From a bacterium (lineage in GTDB: Bacteria > UBA10199 > 2-02-FULL-44-16 > JAAZCA01), in NCBI GenBank assembly GCA_963674695.2, contig CAXXGI010000003.1:768001-832000 (forward strand): DNA of 64,000 nucleotides, read 5' to 3'. Every line of letters starts with the position of its first letter. Position 1 is the stretch's first letter. Shown one piece after another: positions 58,203 through 64,000 of the stretch. The notes under the pieces were generated by a model. It was not told the origin of the DNA and ran no database searches. It worked only from the letters and a program-made list of their open reading frames with translations. The translations under genes and the position numbers were made by a program.

Positions 58203-60482
58203 ATGAGTGACTTCGATCCTACCCGTCTCACCCCCCCCTTCATCACCTACATCAAGGACAACCGGAAGGCGATCGGACCGGATCGGGCCGATGCGCTGGC
58301 GAGCACCATCGGCCACCCTGAGGCCGCCTCGGAGCGAGCCCTTCTCGGGGCGATGGCCTTTCTGCAAGAAGGCGAGGCCTCAGACCATTTCACCCTCCAA
58401 GATCCCGTGAGCTATCACCTGCTCGTCGGGACGCTCAACGGAACCCTGGCGCTCCAGCGTCGCGCCCAGCGCTTTGCGACGAGCGCCGCCGCTGAACGCC
58501 GCGTCATGGACACGCTCATGAGCATCATGCGTCGGCACCTGGATCAGTATCCGCAGATCTCCTACCCAGAACACGAGGCCGCCTATTTCCTCGACCATTT
58601 CCGCCGATTTTTGCGGAACCTCGGACAGGCCGCCAACACGATCGACCTCAATGATCCGCAGATCGGTTACCTGACGCAGATGAGTCCCGATCTATACGCG
58701 AAGCACGTCCTCGACATCGGGCAGCTTCGACAGGATGCGGAACTCATCGAACAGGCCAAGGATCTCTCGGTCGCCATGCTCGAACTCAACGGGGGGTTGG
58801 GCTCGAGCATGGGGTTGGATCCGACGCAACACCACTCGAAGGCGACGGGCATCCTCATCCCGGTGACCGTCTCCACGGAGCGGGGCGAAATCAAGGCCAG
58901 CATGTCGATCATGGAGGCGAAGATGCGCACGCTGGCCGCGCTGGGCCAAAAGTTCAAATCCGTCCGCGTCTTCCCCCTCAACAGCACGATCACGCGCGAT
59001 GGCTTCCAGGCCTTCCTCGACGCCCCCACGGTGGAGCAGCGCGCCCTCAGTCGCACAGGGCTGACTAACCGCGCCAACCTCGAGTCCCGGGGACTGATCA
59101 TCGACGACGAGATCATCCAACACGGCTTCCCGAAGATAGATACGCGCACCCTCCTGCCGGTGAAGACCGGAAACATGGATACGGAATTGGGACCAGGCGG
59201 ACACGGGCAGATCCTCTACGAACTCTTTTCTTCGGGGCGTTTGGAGGAGCTGGCAAAAGCCGGAACCGACATCCTCGTCATCGGCAACGGCGACGGCAAA
59301 CAGGCCAAACCCGACCCCGCCATCGCCGCGAAGATCGCCCGGGATGGCATCCCTGCCGCGATGATCTCGACCGATCGCACAGCGCTCGATGCCAAGGGCG
59401 GCATCTTCGTCATCATCGACGGAAAGATTCAGATCATCGAACGCAACCAGGCCAAAGACACCGATGCCTTTGAAGCGATCGGCTTGAAACCCGACGAAGG
59501 ATCGCAGCCGTTCAACACGAATACCGTCTATCTCAATATTCCGAAGATCATTGAGCTGCTCACGGCGTACAAGGAGGAACAGGGCGAAGAGGCCCTGCGC
59601 GAACTGCTGCTCCCGACGACGATTGCAAACCACAAGGTCGTTACGGTTCATGGCCAGGCGATTCCGGTGCGCCATCTCGAAGGCGCCATCGGTTCCGTGA
59701 TCCTCAAACTCCCCGGCGTAAAAATCTTCAACGCCAGCGCAGACGATCGCTGGACTGAATTCACAGCGGCAAAGACGCCGGGCGATGTGGTCTATCTTTT
59801 CGACAGCGATGTCTTTCGCATCGATGCCGAGACCGGCGAGATGATCCCGCTCATCGACAATCCGATCCCGCCGAAGATCAAACTGACCGGGTGGAGTGGA
59901 TGGACGATGCTCCCGAAGACGCGTGAAGCCTTCGGTCGCCCCTCGATGAAGGATCTGCGATCACTCTCTATTTCGGGCAAGGTCCATCTCCGCAATGCGA
60001 TCCTGCGCGGCCATGTGGAGATCATCAATGAATATGGACATGGCGTACGCCTCAATGAAGGCCCCTATTGCTCCAACCTTTCCTATGACGAACAGAGCAA
60101 CGGCAAAAAACGCCTATTGCTCGAAAACGTTCGCCTTTACATCGATGCCGATGGAATATTGACCGTAACACCGCTCGAGGATCCGACGGGCGGAAGCACG
60201 CCGCCGGTTGCAAACGGTACGGGCGGTGAGGGCGAGAAGGCACCGGGAAACACGACCGGACAAGGTGCCGCATCGGCCATGGGCGCACCGCTCGTCGTCG
60301 AAGCGGCACATGACGTTGAAGCCGAATTCGTCGATGATACCGGCATGCCGGACAACCTGTTTCCACAGATGGATACGGGAGTTCCACTCGGACAAAGCTT
60401 CGACACGTCGTGGGAGAACTCTGCCGGGCTCTATGGCGCGGGCGCGGCGACGGTCCTGCCCACGGCCGGAATGTACATCTAG
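58203..60482 (+). CDS. Eukaryote-type (UDPGP family) UTP-glucose-1-phosphate uridylyltransferase with N- and C-terminal extensions
   Basis: LNGGLGSSMG, P.GHG, N.D, D.KGG, FNTN, LE.A.G, F...KT..D, beta-helix-like SLSISGKV...A.LRG.V.I. Confidence 0.85.
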   Translation: MSDFDPTRLTPPFITYIKDNRKAIGPDRADALASTIGHPEAASERALLGAMAFLQEGEASDHFTLQDPVSYHLLVGTLNGTLALQRRAQRFATSAAAERRVMDTLMSIMRRHLDQYPQISYPEHEAAYFLDHFRRFLRNLGQAANTIDLNDPQIGYLTQMSPDLYAKHVLDIGQLRQDAELIEQAKDLSVAMLELNGGLGSSMGLDPTQHHSKATGILIPVTVSTERGEIKASMSIMEAKMRTLAALGQKFKSVRVFPLNSTITRDGFQAFLDAPTVEQRALSRTGLTNRANLESRGLIIDDEIIQHGFPKIDTRTLLPVKTGNMDTELGPGGHGQILYELFSSGRLEELAKAGTDILVIGNGDGKQAKPDPAIAAKIARDGIPAAMISTDRTALDAKGGIFVIIDGKIQIIERNQAKDTDAFEAIGLKPDEGSQPFNTNTVYLNIPKIIELLTAYKEEQGEEALRELLLPTTIANHKVVTVHGQAIPVRHLEGAIGSVILKLPGVKIFNASADDRWTEFTAAKTPGDVVYLFDSDVFRIDAETGEMIPLIDNPIPPKIKLTGWSGWTMLPKTREAFGRPSMKDLRSLSISGKVHLRNAILRGHVEIINEYGHGVRLNEGPYCSNLSYDEQSNGKKRLLLENVRLYIDADGILTVTPLEDPTGGSTPPVANGTGGEGEKAPGNTTGQGAASAMGAPLVVEAAHDVEAEFVDDTGMPDNLFPQMDTGVPLGQSFDTSWENSAGLYGAGAATVLPTAGMYI

Positions 60483-60484
60483 GG

Positions 60485-60555
60485 TGTCATTCCCGCGAAG
60501 GCGGGAATCTCGCTTCTTACGGCACATCGAGATCCCCGCTTTCGCGGGGATGACA
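60485..60555. repeat. dRS3-like palindrome doublet
   Basis: TGTCATTCCCGCGAAGGCGGGAATCTCG...CGAGATCCCCGCTTTCGCGGGGATGACA, starting just after the stop codon. Confidence 0.9.
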
Positions 60556-60578
60556 AAGGCAACGTTCGTCATATTTCT

Positions 60579-60608
60579 ACGGCCTCCCGCTCTTCGGGGG
60601 GCCGTTTT
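60579..60608 (+). terminator. Intrinsic terminator
   Basis: ACGGCCTCCC-gctcttc-GGGGGGCCGT followed by TTT. Confidence 0.65.
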
Positions 60609-60682
60609 CGTTTCTGCCCCCCCTTGCGTTTCGGGATGCGTTTCAATAGGGTTGCAGCCGAAACTCAGGACAAGGAGCCCTC

Positions 60683-62353
60683 ATGAAGATCGTCGAATGC
60701 GTTCCCAATTTTAGCGAAGGATGCGACCCCGCCATCATCGAAGCGATCGCGGATGCCGTGCGCGTCATTTCCGGCGTGGAGTTGCTCGACGTCGATCCGG
60801 GGGCGGCGACCAACCGCACCGTCTTCACCTTCGCCGGCCAGCCCGAAGCGGTACTGGAAGCAGCCTTCCAGGCGATCAAGACGGGCTCCGCGCTCATCGA
60901 CATGCGTCACCATAAGGGAGAACACGCGCGCCAGGGGGCCTGCGATGTCTGCCCCTTCGTGCCCATCTCCGACATGACGATGAAAGAATGCGTGGAGCTG
61001 GCCAAGAAGCTCGGCGCGCGCGTCGGCGAAGAGCTGGGCATTCCGGTCTATCTCTATGCCGAGGCGGCACAGCGGCCGGAGCGCGTGCGGCTGCCCGACA
61101 TCCGCGTCGGCGAATACGAAGCCCTTGAGGAGAAGCTGAAAAAACCGGAGTTCAAGCCCGATTTCGGCCCGACCGCCTTCAACGCCAAGGCAGGCGCCAC
61201 CGCCATCGGCGCACGCAACTTCCTCATCGCCTACAACATCAATTTGAACTCGACGAGCGTGAAGGTCGCCAAGGAGATCGCCTTCACCATTCGCGAGACC
61301 GGACGCCTCAAGCGCGACGCGGAGGGCAATCCCATCGTGAAATCGGACGGCACGAAGGAACGCGAGCCGGGGATGTTCACCGGCGTGCAAGGAACCGGCT
61401 GGCTCATCCCCGAGTACAACTGCGCGCAGATCACCGTGAATATCCTCGATCTGGATGCCGCACCCGTCCACCGTGTCTTCGACGCCTGTTGCGAACTGGC
61501 CACAAAACTCGGCGCGCGCGTGACCGGCAGCGAGGTCGTCGGGATGCTCCCCAAGCGCGTCCTCGTGGAGGCCGGCCTCTACTTCCTCACGAAACAGAAC
61601 GCCTCGACGGGGGCATCGGAAGCGGAGATCATCCGCACCGGTATCCGCTCGCTGGGGCTCAGCGATGTCGCCCCCTTCGATCCGCAGCAGAAGATCATCG
61701 AGGAGCGGTTCAAAAAGGCGGCACCGCTGGCGAACATGACGCTCATCGGCTTCACGCATGAACTCGCATCGAACTCCCCTGCCCCCGGCGGCGGATCGGT
61801 GGCAGCCCTTGCCGGTGCCCTCTCCGGCGCCCTCTCCTCGATGGTCGCCGCACTCACCTTCGAGAAAAAGGGATTCGAGGAGCATCGCGAGGAGATGGAG
61901 CGCGTGGGCGTCGAAGCACATGCACTCGTGGCCCAACAGCTCGCCGCGATCGATGACGACACCGACGCCTTCAACGCCGTGATGGACTGCTTTTCGATGC
62001 CGAAGCAGACCGACGAGCAGAAGGCCGCACGCACAGCCGCCATCGAAGAGGCCAACAAGAAGGCCACGCTCGAACCGCTGGGCACGCTCGAACGTGCGCC
62101 GGCGATGCTGGATCTGGCCAAGGCCGTCGCCGAACGCGGCAACCCGAACTCCCTCTCCGATGCCGGGGTGGCCGGCCTCATGGCCCGAGCTGCCGCCTGG
62201 GGCGCCTATTATAATGTTCTCATCAACCTGCAGGGGATTGCGGATGCGGCGTGGACGAAGGAGACCCGAAACCGTGCTGAACAAGCCCTCGCACAGGTCA
62301 CCGAGAAGGCCGTCGCGGTGGAAGCGTCTCTCACCACCGCGTTGCAGGGCTGA
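60683..62353 (+). CDS. ftcD: Bifunctional glutamate formimidoyltransferase / cyclodeaminase
   Basis: VECVPNFSEG, NRTV.T, H.GEH.R.GA.DV.PF.P, GAR.FLIAYN, SPAPGGGS, NV.INL. Confidence 0.95.
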   Translation: MKIVECVPNFSEGCDPAIIEAIADAVRVISGVELLDVDPGAATNRTVFTFAGQPEAVLEAAFQAIKTGSALIDMRHHKGEHARQGACDVCPFVPISDMTMKECVELAKKLGARVGEELGIPVYLYAEAAQRPERVRLPDIRVGEYEALEEKLKKPEFKPDFGPTAFNAKAGATAIGARNFLIAYNINLNSTSVKVAKEIAFTIRETGRLKRDAEGNPIVKSDGTKEREPGMFTGVQGTGWLIPEYNCAQITVNILDLDAAPVHRVFDACCELATKLGARVTGSEVVGMLPKRVLVEAGLYFLTKQNASTGASEAEIIRTGIRSLGLSDVAPFDPQQKIIEERFKKAAPLANMTLIGFTHELASNSPAPGGGSVAALAGALSGALSSMVAALTFEKKGFEEHREEMERVGVEAHALVAQQLAAIDDDTDAFNAVMDCFSMPKQTDEQKAARTAAIEEANKKATLEPLGTLERAPAMLDLAKAVAERGNPNSLSDAGVAGLMARAAAWGAYYNVLINLQGIADAAWTKETRNRAEQALAQVTEKAVAVEASLTTALQG

Positions 62354-62374
62354 GGAATGCCGTTGAAATATCGC

Positions 62375-62401
62375 GCAACTTTTTTGGCCTGTCGCCGATA
62401 T
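62375..62401 (+). promoter_or_regulatory. Shared promoter-like motif (copy 6)
   Basis: GCAACTTT-N11-GCCGATAT, 10 nt before ATG 62412. Confidence 0.65.
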
Positions 62402-62411
62402 CTGCGGTACG

Positions 62412-63926
62412 ATGAATCGATCGATCGACAACGATACCAGCCTGGTCCTCAGCATCTTGAGCCTCGGCATCCGCTCGCAGGCCTTCCCTCCGCATCTGCG
62501 TCACCATATCGACGCCGCTCGAAATGAACTCGACCAGGGAAGACCACAGGGCGAACAATGCCGCGCCCTGCTCAAGATCTGGCAGGAATTCAAACGTCTT
62601 ACGTCAGGGAACGAACACCGCGATCCCGCGACATGCGCGCGCCAGGCATATGAGCGTTTCCGTCCGCCGCCCGCACCCGCCCTCATCGATGCGCACGTCC
62701 CGACCGCCGATACTTCGACGACCGAGTGGCTGCGCTGGGCGAAGGACGTCGCCTTCTCTCCGCTCTTTGTCGATGCACAGGCACAGCGCCTGTTCCATCG
62801 CGATCACGGCCAGCGTTCAAAGGAAGCCGAACGCGTCGCCTCCCAGCGCGTGCGACGCATCATCGGACAGCGCGTGACCACAGCCCTCATGGGACAGAAC
62901 ACGAGATCCGCCTCGACCCTCCCTCCCCCGAACAGTGACGCCTTTCTTCAATTGGCCGCCGAGCGTTTGGAGACGGATCCGCTGGCCCTGCTCATACGCG
63001 AAAAAACCGATCTCTGGAGGGTCGTCCTCGCACGGGTCTTCGCCCACGTGATTCGCACCACGCCATCTGCCGAGACCAACGATGGGGAAGAAGCACAGCG
63101 CATACATCTGAAAAACTGGTTTGACGCACTTGTGAAGATGCAATGGGACGCGAACGAAATCACCCGCATCGTGATGCATGAATGGAAAGACGAGAAGCGC
63201 GTACCGTTGGATGCGCTTGCACGACTTCGGCGTCTATCGCCGAGCGCGGTATCGCTCAGCCCGTTCAAGGGCCCACTCTCGGGACGCCTGCTCGCGCTCG
63301 AAATCCTGCGCGTGCATGGTTTCGATCATCACGCGTCAAAATCCGTTTTCCAGAAGAACCTCCCGCCGATCGTGCCGCAACGAACGCTCAAACAGCTCTT
63401 AGGCCATCTCAACCAAATTGAACGAAAGGAATCACCCTTCCGTTTCCGCGCGGCGAACGTCCTGTATTGGCACATGAAGCCGGACTGGGAGTTTATCACC
63501 TCGTTCGCACGGCAGGTGCAGCGCAGCAAGACCGCTCCCACGCTGAACGCATTTCTCGATCGCTTCTATGCCGTGACTCCCGACGATCTCATCGAACGCC
63601 TGCAGGCGTATCGAAAAAAGGGCATTCATATCGACGTTGCCGTCGATACCATCGCCGAGCGTTTTCCCGATGCCCGCCAAGCCCTGATGAAATCGGGACT
63701 CCTTGCAACCGCCGCCGCTCCGACCACAGCAGACCCCGAAGAGAACCCGGCGGAGATCGCCCAAACAACCGTCCTCCAACAAGCCGCCCCCGCCATCATG
63801 GACTGGGCCAACGACGCGGCGTCTTCCGGGGAAGATCTTCTTCTCGCCACCGACCTCGCACCGTCGGCGTGGATGGGATGCGCACAGCCTGCGTTTGCCC
63901 TCTCAAGCGCCCTCATCCTGCCGTAG
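62412..63926 (+). CDS. Orphan 504-aa protein with acidic C-terminal tail
   Basis: Long ORF; Arg-rich helical body followed by a Lys/Arg-free tail. Confidence 0.7.
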   Translation: MNRSIDNDTSLVLSILSLGIRSQAFPPHLRHHIDAARNELDQGRPQGEQCRALLKIWQEFKRLTSGNEHRDPATCARQAYERFRPPPAPALIDAHVPTADTSTTEWLRWAKDVAFSPLFVDAQAQRLFHRDHGQRSKEAERVASQRVRRIIGQRVTTALMGQNTRSASTLPPPNSDAFLQLAAERLETDPLALLIREKTDLWRVVLARVFAHVIRTTPSAETNDGEEAQRIHLKNWFDALVKMQWDANEITRIVMHEWKDEKRVPLDALARLRRLSPSAVSLSPFKGPLSGRLLALEILRVHGFDHHASKSVFQKNLPPIVPQRTLKQLLGHLNQIERKESPFRFRAANVLYWHMKPDWEFITSFARQVQRSKTAPTLNAFLDRFYAVTPDDLIERLQAYRKKGIHIDVAVDTIAERFPDARQALMKSGLLATAAAPTTADPEENPAEIAQTTVLQQAAPAIMDWANDAASSGEDLLLATDLAPSAWMGCAQPAFALSSALILP

Positions 63927-63952
63927 AAGAAATCACACCGATACCCCGTTCA

Positions 63953-63981
63953 ATAAAAAGTCCTCCCGAAGGAGGTTTGTT
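63953..63981. terminator. Hairpin between convergent orphan gene and tRNA
   Basis: AAAAA-gt-CCTCC-cgaa-GGAGG-TTTGTT. Confidence 0.55.
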
Positions 63982-63982
63982 G

Positions 63983-64000
63983 TGGAGCCGAAGGGAGTCG
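63983..64000 (-). tRNA. 3' end of a tRNA, probably tRNA-Ala (truncated by window edge; CCA not encoded)
   Basis: Minus strand CGACTCCCTTCGGCTCCA = partial T-arm plus acceptor 3' strand with U70 and discriminator A; only 18 nt visible. Confidence 0.6.

Overview
GC-rich bacterial chromosome segment; gene content suggests a deltaproteobacterial-like lineage (inference only). The housekeeping backbone comprises gcvT-H-PA-PB, a TonB-domain gene, recO, pfkB-mtnP, rlmN, FTCD, phoBR-like genes, a Na/Pi transporter and a partial tRNA-Ala. Three accessory layers sit on it. (1) An unusually rich alpha-glucan toolkit: malEFGK-like ABC importer, glgP, malQ, two GH13 enzymes, TreY, a GlgA homologue lacking its key Lys and Glu, and a eukaryote-type UDP-glucose pyrophosphorylase. 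(2) About ten orphan proteins, mostly large. Six transcription units containing most of them, plus the odd GlgA, share an exactly spaced upstream motif, CG(C/A)AAC-N16-CGA(T/A)A. It resembles sigma28/ECF promoters and I did not see it before housekeeping genes. Several of these proteins carry acidic, Lys/Arg-poor terminal tails. My leading hypothesis is a co-regulated set of exported effectors, including repurposed glucan enzymes. (3) A membrane-anchored PhnD-HAMP-AAA+ regulator, divergent from a UhpC/GlpT-type transporter that has a sigma54 promoter and upstream of a glycerol-1-phosphate dehydrogenase and a HAD hydrolase. Intergenic DNA carries dRS3-like palindromes, 7/8-bp periodic hairpins and an inverted pair of truncated four-helix-bundle genes. 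All calls come from reading motifs by eye; no database search was run.
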